64,000 bases of DNA from Candidatus Berkelbacteria bacterium RIFCSPLOWO2_01_FULL_50_28 (lineage in GTDB: Bacteria; Patescibacteriota; UBA1384; 2-12-FULL-50-11), in contig MEZX01000002.1 in assembly GCA_001774395.1 (NCBI GenBank), forward strand, positions 96,753 through 160,752. The letters are read 5' to 3'. The position numbers and the translations under genes are program-made. Within the stretch, counting starts at the first letter, position 1; each line of letters starts with the position of its first letter. The notes beneath the pieces are model-generated. The model did not search any database and was not told the DNA's origin. It worked only from the letters and a program-made list of their open reading frames with translations. Positions 18,322 to 26,839 of the stretch are shown in pieces.

Positions 18322-18466
18322 GGTGCGAGAAGTTATCCTTGCGACCGTGCGGAGGGCGAAGCGGGCATGGTTTCCTGAGCTTGTCGAAGGAAGAGCGAGC
18401 CCGAGCCCGAAACCCAAATTCTCGCTGGGAATTTGGAGTTGGGTCGAAAGGGTAACTTGTCGCACC
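18322..18466. repeat. MITE/REP-like element with 25-bp imperfect terminal inverted repeats
   Basis: GGTGCGAGAAGTTATCCTTGCGACC (18322-18346) vs reverse complement of GGTCGAAAGGGTAACTTGTCGCACC (18442-18466), 3 mismatches; nested hairpins inside. Confidence 0.7.
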
Positions 18467-18520
18467 GCTCTCTCCCCAACTTGAATAAAAACTCTATTTG
18501 CGAGACGCTGAAGTCAACAA

Positions 18521-19885
18521 ATGAAGAGGGGGCTGATAATTCTTGCTGGTTTGGGTGTACTCCTGATACTCGTCGTGGTATTTATGAACATTTTTGGCGG
18601 CAAGACGCCTGACAGCAAGTCGGCACTCAAGGTATGGCTGCCCTTCGACGAAGTAGCGACTTATAAAAAAATCTCTAAGGAGTTTCAGGCTAAGCATTCC
18701 AGCATCGATCTGGAGTTTAGATACATTGACGCCAAAGACGCCAAGGACTACGAGGCAACGGTTATCAATGCTATTGCTGATGGTGAGGGCCCAGACATCT
18801 GGTTGGCACGGTTCGATTGGATACCCAAGCACGCCGCCAAGTCTCTACCGGCCTCATCGGGCGGTCTTACTGATGCGGTAACCCAGCTCAAAGTTCTGGT
18901 TCAATCTAATATCGTCGACTTGAACACTTACAACGGCGAGCTCTACGGCGTGCCGCTGTTTGCCGATTCGCTGGCGATAATCTACAACAGCGATTTTTAC
19001 CGTGAAAACAGTCAGAACTTTTCCCAGAAAAATCTAGCTTTCCTCGATCAGTACCCGAAAAGTTGGGCTGAGCTGAAGCGCAATGTTGGTCTAATCAGTT
19101 CCAACAGCGGCGCGACGATAAAGCGTTCAGGCTTAGCGATGGGAACAGTGAAAAATACACTTGCTCCCGCCGACGTTCTGACGGCCTTTTTGCTCCAGTC
19201 CAACTCGACGATTTTAAGCGAAGACGGCAAAGACGTGATATTCAATCTGGCGGCTTTCAAGAAAGGTAAACCAACATTCCCCACCGCTGAGGCGCTGTCG
19301 TTTTATACGAGCTTTGCCTCGCCAAAGGCGACTAACTATTCTTGGAACGCCGCAATGGGCGACCCAGTTGAGGCGTTCGTGGCCGGTAAGACGGGAGCCC
19401 TCATCGGTTACTACTCAACACTACAAGCAATACTTGATCAAGATCCGACTATCTGGCAAAAAATCATTGTAACTCCCATGGTTCAGAAAAATCCCAAGGC
19501 CGAGCGTATCGACTTCGTGATGGGCTGGACGCATTTAGTCAATCGCGACAGCACTGCTCCTGAGGCGGCCTGGCAGTACTTGAGTTATCTGGCGCAAGAC
19601 ACGGCGCAGTACGACTATGCAGAATCAACCGGTAGAATTGAAGTAGCCAAGCGCGATCGGGGCCTGGCGGAGCGCTCCGAGGCTAATATGTCGCGAGATG
19701 AGATATTTGGCGCTCAATTTGATACGGGTCAGTTGTTTATCAAACGGGAGTGGCAGTTGGTAGACGTTGTTCTGCAAGACGCCATTAACCAAGTGATTGT
19801 GAGCCATCGCACAGCCCAGAACGCCATCGATTCAGCCGCCAGCCGTTTCAAGGTTTTTCTGCAGGACGCTAGCGTGGGGCAGTAG
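18521..19885 (+). CDS. Extracellular solute-binding protein (SBP_bac_1/8-like), membrane anchored
   Basis: N-terminal TM, LKVW, AIADGEGPDIW, GELYGVPL..DSLAIIYN, AWQYLSYL. Confidence 0.85.
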   Translation: MKRGLIILAGLGVLLILVVVFMNIFGGKTPDSKSALKVWLPFDEVATYKKISKEFQAKHSSIDLEFRYIDAKDAKDYEATVINAIADGEGPDIWLARFDWIPKHAAKSLPASSGGLTDAVTQLKVLVQSNIVDLNTYNGELYGVPLFADSLAIIYNSDFYRENSQNFSQKNLAFLDQYPKSWAELKRNVGLISSNSGATIKRSGLAMGTVKNTLAPADVLTAFLLQSNSTILSEDGKDVIFNLAAFKKGKPTFPTAEALSFYTSFASPKATNYSWNAAMGDPVEAFVAGKTGALIGYYSTLQAILDQDPTIWQKIIVTPMVQKNPKAERIDFVMGWTHLVNRDSTAPEAAWQYLSYLAQDTAQYDYAESTGRIEVAKRDRGLAERSEANMSRDEIFGAQFDTGQLFIKREWQLVDVVLQDAINQVIVSHRTAQNAIDSAASRFKVFLQDASVGQ

Positions 19886-19887
19886 AG

Positions 19888-20163
19888 ATGCTGTTACCTA
19901 TCGAGAGAGCGCTAGCTCAAGGAGGTCCCGCAACCACTGGCTCGAGTTTTAGCGATTATCTGTCAGTGCAAATCGGCCGGGCGATCACCCTGGCTGGGCT
20001 CTTGGCGGTGTTGATGATAGTTTACGGCACGTTCCGCTACGCCACTTCGGGCGGTGACGACACTAAAACCAAAGAAGCGAAAGACATAATCTTGGGTGCG
20101 GTTGTTGGATTTTCCTTGTTAGTTTTAATAAAGATCCTCGTGCCGCTGTTGGGGCTGGAATGA
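19888..20163 (+). CDS. VirB2/TrbC-like (T4SS-type) pilin
   Basis: Two TM helices joined by YATSGGDDTKTKEAKDIILGAVVG. Confidence 0.8.
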   Translation: MLLPIERALAQGGPATTGSSFSDYLSVQIGRAITLAGLLAVLMIVYGTFRYATSGGDDTKTKEAKDIILGAVVGFSLLVLIKILVPLLGLE

Positions 20164-21242
20164 CGAAACTTGTTAAGCTCTTTTTCGGGTTGGCTTTCAG
20201 TCTGACACTGGTATTTTATGCTGGCGGGGTTGCCTTAGCGGACAGTAAACTGGTTGGCTTTTCTCCAAATCCGCTTGAATTTGCCACCGACTCAGCCAAC
20301 AAAGAGATAGTGACAGCCACCGTTTCGCCCGCACCGGCCTCGGCGCTGACGGTTAAATTAGTTGCTAATGGTAAGGTGACCCTTGGCAAGACGACGCTCT
20401 CTTTTAGCCCCACTGACACTACTGACACGTTCGGCGTTACCCCGGCTTCGGGGCTCAAGAGCGGCGACATCGTCATAATAACCGCCGAGGGGAAAATTGG
20501 CGCAGTAACTTACAAGGGAACGCTCGAGGCCGCGATCGGCGTGGTGGCACACCCTAACCCCAACGCTGGGAAAATAGATTGGAATAAAGTTCCCGGCACG
20601 ACCATCACCGATCTGAATGTTTTCCTGAACAAAGCGATAACTGGCGCTCTTTGGGTGATCGCTCTGGTGGCTTTTGCCGGATTAATCGCCGCCGGATTCA
20701 TGTATATAACCGCTGGCGGAGACGCGGCCAAGGCGGAGAAAGCCCGCAAGACGATTATCTGGTCGATTGTCGGGGTGATTCTGGCCTCAATTTCCTACAC
20801 GTTACTTCTGACCGCGGCGCAATTTAGGGGCATCGATTACACTGCAATTCCCCAAGAAACAAGCGATAGCGGCTCGACCGCGGATGACGGTTCTGCAACG
20901 ACAGGTTCGGGAGTCGGATTGACGGTTAGCGACACAGCGGGTACAAATTTTGCCGATGTTATTCCTCTCGACCAAACAACCCAGCTTTCATATCCGCTCG
21001 AGATTGTATTGAATAGTGCCCCAGCCGGTACGGTCACTGTCGAACTAATAACACAGGGTAATTTGCCGCTCACCCTTGCCGGTAGCAGTACGATGACGTT
21101 TGACGAAACCAGTTGGTCAACGCCGCAATCTTTTGGTGTTTCCTATGCTGGTGACGGTCAACCAGGTCAAGCGGGGCAGGTTCTGATCAAAGGCTCGGAC
21201 GGCTCTCGCCAGACAATTCGATTCGAGGTGCCAAATGTTTAG
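20160..21242 (+). CDS. Pilin-domain protein flanked by two Ig/Calx-beta-like domains
   Basis: Signal peptide; central GFMYITAGGDAAKAEKARKTIIWSIVG pilin motif; beta-rich domains on both sides. Confidence 0.75.
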   Translation: MTKLVKLFFGLAFSLTLVFYAGGVALADSKLVGFSPNPLEFATDSANKEIVTATVSPAPASALTVKLVANGKVTLGKTTLSFSPTDTTDTFGVTPASGLKSGDIVIITAEGKIGAVTYKGTLEAAIGVVAHPNPNAGKIDWNKVPGTTITDLNVFLNKAITGALWVIALVAFAGLIAAGFMYITAGGDAAKAEKARKTIIWSIVGVILASISYTLLLTAAQFRGIDYTAIPQETSDSGSTADDGSATTGSGVGLTVSDTAGTNFADVIPLDQTTQLSYPLEIVLNSAPAGTVTVELITQGNLPLTLAGSSTMTFDETSWSTPQSFGVSYAGDGQPGQAGQVLIKGSDGSRQTIRFEVPNV

Positions 21243-22815
21243 TCGTCTTGCTCTTGGAGCAAAGCGCTACCTATTCGTGGCTATGTTGACTCTCTTGAGT
21301 CTGGCTCCGGCTTTGAGCTTTCCTGCCCCCGCTAGGGCCGCCGACCCGTTTCCGGTAGACTTTAGCCGCGTTGAGGTTAACAGCCAAAAGCAGGCCCAGT
21401 ACCGGGCGGACATTTTCCAAATTTATTCAGATCTAAAGAGCCAGATTGGCAGTCTGGGCAAATCGCGTGTTATCAAGGCGTTTGTGTTCTATCCGTGGGA
21501 TGTTCAAAAGATAAGCCCCAGTACCCAGGATGGATTTACGGCGGGCTACTTCCAACCGAGCACCGGTTATCTTGTGATAAATTCCGTCGAATTCGAAGAG
21601 ACTGAGAGCGTGAGAACCGTAATTGCTCACGAGCTACTCCATTCATTCGTTCCCGCAAACAACGGCTACGGATACAGCGGGGCGGGAGGCAAGGGCTACG
21701 TTTACGAGGAGATGCTGGCGGACTATTTCTCGAAACTCCACATTGGCGCGAGCCTGGGCGAAACCTACGCTGGTGCCGTAGCATCGCTTGGCTACTCTCA
21801 CCTGGCCAACCTCGTACCCCAAATACTAAACATCATCGGTTTAGCTGGGCAGAGTGATCCGGAAACAATACTGGAACGGGCTATATTTAGCAGCTCCAAG
21901 CTTGGGCTGATCGACCAAACTGTCGGCAAATACCTCACGGACAAAAACTTTTTGGCTAATCTCGGCGGCTTTCTCGACACAAGCCCCGCAAAAACCAATC
22001 TCACAGCGGCCAAGAAGTACCTCGACGAGGTAGAGAGAAAAATTCTTGCCACCAGCGCTAAATCGAGCTCTGTCCAGGTGCTGGTGAAGGGCCAGTTTAG
22101 CGCCGATTACGCCGACGTACTGACGATTCCGGAGAACGTGGAGGGTTTGTCGATTCCTCTGGAAGTTGCGTTGAGCGCCGCCCCTAGCAGCCCAGTTACG
22201 CTGACAGTGGCCGGGCGTGGGGCTCTGGTACTAACTTACACCGGTAGCGCTGATTTGGTCTTTGATTCAACTAATTTTGCCGACAGTAAATCTTTCAGAG
22301 TTTTCTACGACAAGGCGGCCAACAAGGAGGGGACGAGAGCAGAGATTAGTTTCTCTGGCCCCGGAGTGGATACAAAGACCGTGACGGTCGTCAAAGCCAG
22401 CGAGTTGAAAAGCGGCCCTGCCGGTGGGACGACCGGCGGAACTGGCGGCACGGCGGGTGGCACCACGGCGGCTGCTTCAGGAGTCGGCCCGTTTCTGGGC
22501 AAGCTCCTCCTGCCAGACTGTCTGCGCACCGGAGAAAAGGCTGTTAACGCCGAATTCGACACTTGCGTGCTCGACAGCGTGCGCCATTACATCGAGCTGT
22601 TACTTTTGCTGACGGCGTTAGGGGCGTTCGGTTATTTGCTTTACGGTGCCTTCTTATACGCTTCGGCCTTTGGCGATGAAGCGAAGGCGACGTTGGCCAA
22701 AAAGGTAATCACCGCGGCGCTAATCGGTGCGGCGCTCTCCACTCTGGCCTACTTGGCGATAATGTTACTGGCTCAAGGTCTCGGCGTCGAGGGCGGTCTA
22801 CTCCGAACGCCTTGA
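21235..22815 (+). CDS. HEXXH metalloprotease + Ig-like domain + C-terminal pilin domain
   Basis: Signal peptide; VIAHELLHSF ... YEEMLADY; C-terminal LYGAFLYASAFGDEAKATLAKKVITAALIG. Confidence 0.72.
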   Translation: MFSRLALGAKRYLFVAMLTLLSLAPALSFPAPARAADPFPVDFSRVEVNSQKQAQYRADIFQIYSDLKSQIGSLGKSRVIKAFVFYPWDVQKISPSTQDGFTAGYFQPSTGYLVINSVEFEETESVRTVIAHELLHSFVPANNGYGYSGAGGKGYVYEEMLADYFSKLHIGASLGETYAGAVASLGYSHLANLVPQILNIIGLAGQSDPETILERAIFSSSKLGLIDQTVGKYLTDKNFLANLGGFLDTSPAKTNLTAAKKYLDEVERKILATSAKSSSVQVLVKGQFSADYADVLTIPENVEGLSIPLEVALSAAPSSPVTLTVAGRGALVLTYTGSADLVFDSTNFADSKSFRVFYDKAANKEGTRAEISFSGPGVDTKTVTVVKASELKSGPAGGTTGGTGGTAGGTTAAASGVGPFLGKLLLPDCLRTGEKAVNAEFDTCVLDSVRHYIELLLLLTALGAFGYLLYGAFLYASAFGDEAKATLAKKVITAALIGAALSTLAYLAIMLLAQGLGVEGGLLRTP

Positions 22816-22873
22816 AGGAAATCTTGACAACGGTCAGACGATAGTTTGTAGTGATAATATAAGGGAGGAAGAG

Positions 22874-23215
22874 ATGAATTTATTAAGTAAGTTTGTAGGA
22901 GTGGCGCACGCGGAGACACAGTTTCGGGTAGATAACTTCAAGCTGTTCGATATGTTCAAGCCGAACAACGCCGAACAAGGTCTAAGCCAAATCATTACCA
23001 AGATTGTTGGATTTGCCATGCTGATTGCGGCACTGATCGCTTTCGGGTATCTGATAGTGGCTGGCTTCCAATATATGACAGCCGGCGGAGACGCTGCCAA
23101 AGCCCAAACAGCTCGTCAGGGAATTGTTAACGCCTTGGTTGGTATTATTATTGTCGTTATTGCTTACACCCTGCTTGCCTACGTCTCCTCTGTTACAAGA
23201 CGCGGTAATTTCTAA
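22874..23215 (+). CDS. VirB2/TrbC-like pilin, probable major pilin
   Basis: GFQYMTAGGDAAKAQTARQGIVNALVG; own TTGACA element and GGAGGA RBS. Confidence 0.85.
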   Translation: MNLLSKFVGVAHAETQFRVDNFKLFDMFKPNNAEQGLSQIITKIVGFAMLIAALIAFGYLIVAGFQYMTAGGDAAKAQTARQGIVNALVGIIIVVIAYTLLAYVSSVTRRGNF

Positions 23216-23219
23216 ACGA

Positions 23220-24728
23220 CTAAGCAACCGAACGAACTTCTTCCTCGGTAGTTAGGCCTTGGGCAGCTTTTTCTAAGCCATCATCAAGAAGGGTTCTGTT
23301 GCCGAGTTTTTTAAACATCTCCTCGAATTCCGAGAGCGAAGCCTCTCTTTTGATTAGCTCGATTGTCTGGGCATCTGGCACAAAATGCTCGACGATTAGA
23401 AATCGGCCACGAAAGCCGGTCTGATAACAAACATCACAGCCCGTACCGCCGCAAGCGGCGCAAACCCGTCGGACCAATCTTTGGGCCACAACCAAGCTAA
23501 TGGCGTCGGCCAACAGATACTTCGGGACGCCAATCTGTAGCAGTCGGGCAAACGAAGCAGCGGCAGAGTTGGTGTGAAGCGTCGAAAGCACCAAATGCCC
23601 CGTCAGTGCCGCATCAATAGCGATTTGGGCGGTCTCAACGTCCCGAATCTCGCCTACCATAATGACGTTCGGGTCTTGGCGTAAAACGGCCCGCAGGGCT
23701 TGAGGAAAATCAAAGCCGTCAGCAGGGTTCACTTGCACTTGCTCGATACCTTCGATGCGATACTCCACCGGGTCTTCGATAGTAACTATCTTCGAATCGG
23801 GTTTGTTCAGAAGCTGGAGCACGGCGTACAAGCTCGTTGTTTTGCCCGAGCCAGTTGGGCCGGTGAAAAGCACTAAGCCCTCTGGTCGTGAGACGGCGTC
23901 AAGGATTGCTTTCTGGGTGTCGGGCGAGACGTTAAGCTGGTCGAGCGAGAGAAAATTCTTAAATGTCAGCAGGCGCAGTTCGATGGTTTCGCCGTAAGCC
24001 GTCGGAACGGCGTTAACGCGAATATCAATGTGCTGCTCGCCGACTGTAAAGGTGAAACGGCCGTCTTGGGCGACTTTTTTGACGTCTAATTTTATGTGCG
24101 ACAGGGTTTTGATACGGGACGCCAGCAGGTGGTAGGTTTTCTCAGGCAAGTCGATCACCTCGACCAACTTGCCGTCAATGCGAAACCTAATCGCCACAGC
24201 GGTCTCCCCTGGTTCGAAGTGAACATCGGTCGCGTCGAGCGAAAGCCCCCCGGAAAGAATTGTTTCCAGTAGTTCGGTGGTTGAAACTTTATCGATCGCG
24301 TCCTTCAAATCTTTCAGGGTGCTGATTCTGACGGCGAACTGCTCTTTGGTTTGAGCCTTAGCGGGCCCGGTAACGGCCGCAACCAGCTCGTCGTAGCGCG
24401 TTAAACTATACTCGGCAGAACTTTTTGAGCAAATAAACGGCTGGAAAGTTAGGGACAGCTTCGCTCCCAATTCGCCCATTGCCTCGGCTAAGCCTTGGGC
24501 AAACGGGTTGGGGCTGGCAACGCGAACGTTGTGGCCGATTTTCATAAACGAGACAATCCTGAACCGCTCCGCAACATCTCGGGGAATGATGGCGATAACT
24601 TCACCCACAAACGGAAAGTTCACCAAATTAACGTAAGGCAGCTCTCTGGAGGCGGCAAACTCTGACGTGTGAGCTTCCTCGCGAGCCCTGTCGTACGAGT
24701 GAACAACGTTGCGTAAATCTTGGGTCAT
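23220..24728 (-). CDS. GspE/PilB-family pilus assembly ATPase
   Basis: MshEN-like N-domain, ATDVHFEP, AQDGRF, GPTGSGKTT, TIEDPVEY, LRQDPNVIMVGEIRD, TGHLVLSTLHTN. Confidence 0.93.
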   Translation of the reverse strand: MTQDLRNVVHSYDRAREEAHTSEFAASRELPYVNLVNFPFVGEVIAIIPRDVAERFRIVSFMKIGHNVRVASPNPFAQGLAEAMGELGAKLSLTFQPFICSKSSAEYSLTRYDELVAAVTGPAKAQTKEQFAVRISTLKDLKDAIDKVSTTELLETILSGGLSLDATDVHFEPGETAVAIRFRIDGKLVEVIDLPEKTYHLLASRIKTLSHIKLDVKKVAQDGRFTFTVGEQHIDIRVNAVPTAYGETIELRLLTFKNFLSLDQLNVSPDTQKAILDAVSRPEGLVLFTGPTGSGKTTSLYAVLQLLNKPDSKIVTIEDPVEYRIEGIEQVQVNPADGFDFPQALRAVLRQDPNVIMVGEIRDVETAQIAIDAALTGHLVLSTLHTNSAAASFARLLQIGVPKYLLADAISLVVAQRLVRRVCAACGGTGCDVCYQTGFRGRFLIVEHFVPDAQTIELIKREASLSEFEEMFKKLGNRTLLDDGLEKAAQGLTTEEEVRSVA

Positions 24729-24788
24729 TTAACTTATTGTAGCCGACTAGCTGATAGCGACCAACAGGAAGCTTTCTGTCGCGTGCGA

Positions 24789-24817
24789 CTGACTTTTGAG
24801 TGATAATGAGGTAAGAT
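24789..24817 (+). promoter_or_regulatory. Promoter upstream of the tRNA-Ser(CGA) repeat array
   Basis: CTGACT-17 nt-TAAGAT. Confidence 0.55.
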
Positions 24818-24831
24818 TTAGGTCGTTATCA

Positions 24832-24981
24832 GGAGAGGTCGCATAGCTCGGTTGATGTGAGGCCGCAGGCCGAAGACAACCGGGATGGAAACTTGGAGAG
24901 GTCGCATAGCTCGGTTGATTTTGAGCCAGAGGCGAGAAACAACCGGAGTACAAATCGGAGAGGTCGCATAGCTCGGTTGAT
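24832..24981 (+). repeat. Three copies of the 25-nt tRNA-Ser(CGA) 5' end separated by 38- and 37-nt spacers
   Basis: GGAGAGGTCGCATAGCTCGGTTGAT at 24832, 24895 and 24957 (third copy is the tRNA itself). Confidence 0.95.
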
Positions 24982-25043
24982 TGCGCCGGTTTCGAAAACC
25001 GGTATACCGCAAGGTATCGTGGGTTCAAATCCCACCCTCTCCG
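24957..25043 (+). tRNA. tRNA-Ser(CGA)
   Basis: GGAGAGG/CCTCTCC acceptor, CCGGT-TTCGAAA-ACCGG anticodon arm, long variable arm, TTCAAAT T-loop. Confidence 0.95.
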
Positions 25044-25045
25044 CA

Positions 25046-25399
25046 ATGGATGTAGATAAATGCTACAGCGATTGGATTAAGTTGATCGCTGAGTCGAACG
25101 ACAGTGACGAGCTGGTCACCCACTTTAGAGAACATGTCGGTGATCACTTTCACCATCATGACAACGAAGGTGAATTCGGTTTTAAAATATGGCTGACAGG
25201 GGTGGTCAACTTCCTTCGTGTATTTGAGCAGAAATTTACGGAAATAGAAAAAGCCGAACTACTTTTCCAGCTCTGTGTTTTCTACAAAGAAAAAGGTAAG
25301 GGCCCTAAACCGTCGTTCGATATTGATGTTTTTATGGAGAATTTTGATAGCAAAATAAAAGATTATTATCTTAAACGTAAATCAGCTAACAGAGACTAA
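25046..25399 (+). CDS. Hypothetical protein (117 aa), AT-richer than flanks
   Basis: ATG two nt after the tRNA discriminator; MDVDKCYSDWIKLIAES... Confidence 0.55.
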   Translation: MDVDKCYSDWIKLIAESNDSDELVTHFREHVGDHFHHHDNEGEFGFKIWLTGVVNFLRVFEQKFTEIEKAELLFQLCVFYKEKGKGPKPSFDIDVFMENFDSKIKDYYLKRKSANRD

Positions 25400-25474
25400 G
25401 AGATAAGCGTTCGCCATCTATCCAATTGCTCTGGACCGGAACGTCCTACACTAGGAAAAGCCCCTCAGGGTTCG

Positions 25475-26335
25475 CTACTTACTCTGGCTCGTTTTTACGG
25501 CCAAATAGAACGCCGTTGACTCGAGGATATGATCAGATTTGGTTAGCTTGAGAATCAGCGAGATGAAACTCTTGGCCAATCTTGATAGCGGGCTCCGCTC
25601 CGCTATGGTGGTCGAGGTGATCTTTTTTACCTGGAACCCGCCGTACTTTAACTGCTCTTTCACCTGGCCCACTGAATACTCCGTAACGTGGTAACTCGAC
25701 ATAAATCCGACGCCCTTTCCACGGGCGATTCTTGCTAAATTGCTGAAACGATAGCGACTGGGGGTGGAGATAATTAGCAGTCCGCCTGGCTTGAGGACTC
25801 TACTTATGGCTTTGAGCATCGCTAGCGGATCTGGTACGTGCTCCCAGATGTTGTTGCAAATGGCAATATCTAGCGACTCGTCTTTGAACGGCAGCTGGTG
25901 CGCGTCAGCTACAAAGAAAGTAACGCCTTTGTATTTTTTATGTGCGTAGTCGATGGCCGAAGTCGAGTAGTCGAGTCCCAGAACCTCCATCTTGGGGAAA
26001 TGTTTTTTAATTTCGGCTGTAATGTGGCCTTCGCCGCAGGCAATGTCCAAAAGCTTCAGACCCTTTCCCTGTACGCCCTTTAGCAAGTCCAGTGTGCAGT
26101 TGAAGCGGCGCCGGTGGAAATTGCTTGTCATATGATCACTTACCGCATAGGGATCCTCTGTGGCGTACTCGTCTGAGCCTACCAACTCGTCGGGATGAAG
26201 GAAAACGAGAAACTTATTAGGGTGCCAACTGCACGAGTATTTTTTATAGCCGCCCTTTTTCCATTCTTCCAGCGAGCAGGAGTCCTGCCCTAAGTTTATT
26301 GCTCTGCTTTTCGCTTCATCAAAGTATTCAATCAT
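25475..26335 (-). CDS. Class I SAM-dependent methyltransferase
   Basis: LLDIACGEG, GLDYS, DAHQLPF, EHVPDP, RVLKPGG. Confidence 0.9.
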   Translation of the reverse strand: MIEYFDEAKSRAINLGQDSCSLEEWKKGGYKKYSCSWHPNKFLVFLHPDELVGSDEYATEDPYAVSDHMTSNFHRRRFNCTLDLLKGVQGKGLKLLDIACGEGHITAEIKKHFPKMEVLGLDYSTSAIDYAHKKYKGVTFFVADAHQLPFKDESLDIAICNNIWEHVPDPLAMLKAISRVLKPGGLLIISTPSRYRFSNLARIARGKGVGFMSSYHVTEYSVGQVKEQLKYGGFQVKKITSTTIAERSPLSRLAKSFISLILKLTKSDHILESTAFYLAVKTSQSK

Positions 26336-26431
26336 GAGTGCTTCCTCGATTATTGTTGGCCAGCAACGCTTAGCTTACTTTTATCACAATAAGCCCTACA
26401 GAGACACCCTGCCAAGCTCCGTTCTCTGTTT

Positions 26432-26612
26432 AACGCAAAAAGCCGACTGCGAAGAAGCGGCTTTTTAACGCAAAAAGCCGATTGTGAAACAACGGTTTTT
26501 TGTGACGCAAAAAGCCGATCACGAGGACCGGCATTTACGTTGTTACCTAAAGACAATGTCGGTAGGCAACAACTAAAAAAGACGAACAGAATGTCGTCTT
26601 TTTTAGTTGTTG
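26432..26612. repeat. Tandem hairpin array
   Basis: ACGCAAAAAGCCGA at 26433, 26468, 26505, each closing a hairpin; then two more hairpins including a perfect 19-bp inverted repeat 26567-26612. Confidence 0.85.
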
Positions 26613-26839
26613 ATCTAAAGTGCAAATGACCCTTGCGGATCTTACCCAGTATCAATCTCGACGGTAAGAATGTCAAGGCGGCCGGTATTTAGAAACGTAT
26701 GCTATATATAGCATACGGGAGCTTAGGTAGCTAAAAGTAAAAAATGTAGTTCCCCAATGTGTTAGCACCGGGGTAAAGAAATACCCCCGCTCCACTAGGA
26801 AACGGGGGTTGACGGACGAGCCGTCGAAATCGGAAGGGG

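Noticed and set aside
24832-24981. Bona fide CRISPR array
   Set aside because: The repeat is a tRNA 5' end, the spacers resemble each other, and there are no cas genes in the window; reported as a tRNA-fragment array instead.
24747-25046. Short ORFs overlapping tRNAs (also 14072-14775, 27893-28285) and antisense ORFs inside large genes
   Set aside because: Shadow frames of tRNAs, repeats or real genes with no protein motifs.
26428-26545. Integron attC sites or CRISPR
   Set aside because: A GTTTAAC/GTTAAAC core-like heptamer occurs, but units are only ~35 bp, lack paired R/L boxes, flank no cassettes, and no integrase is present.
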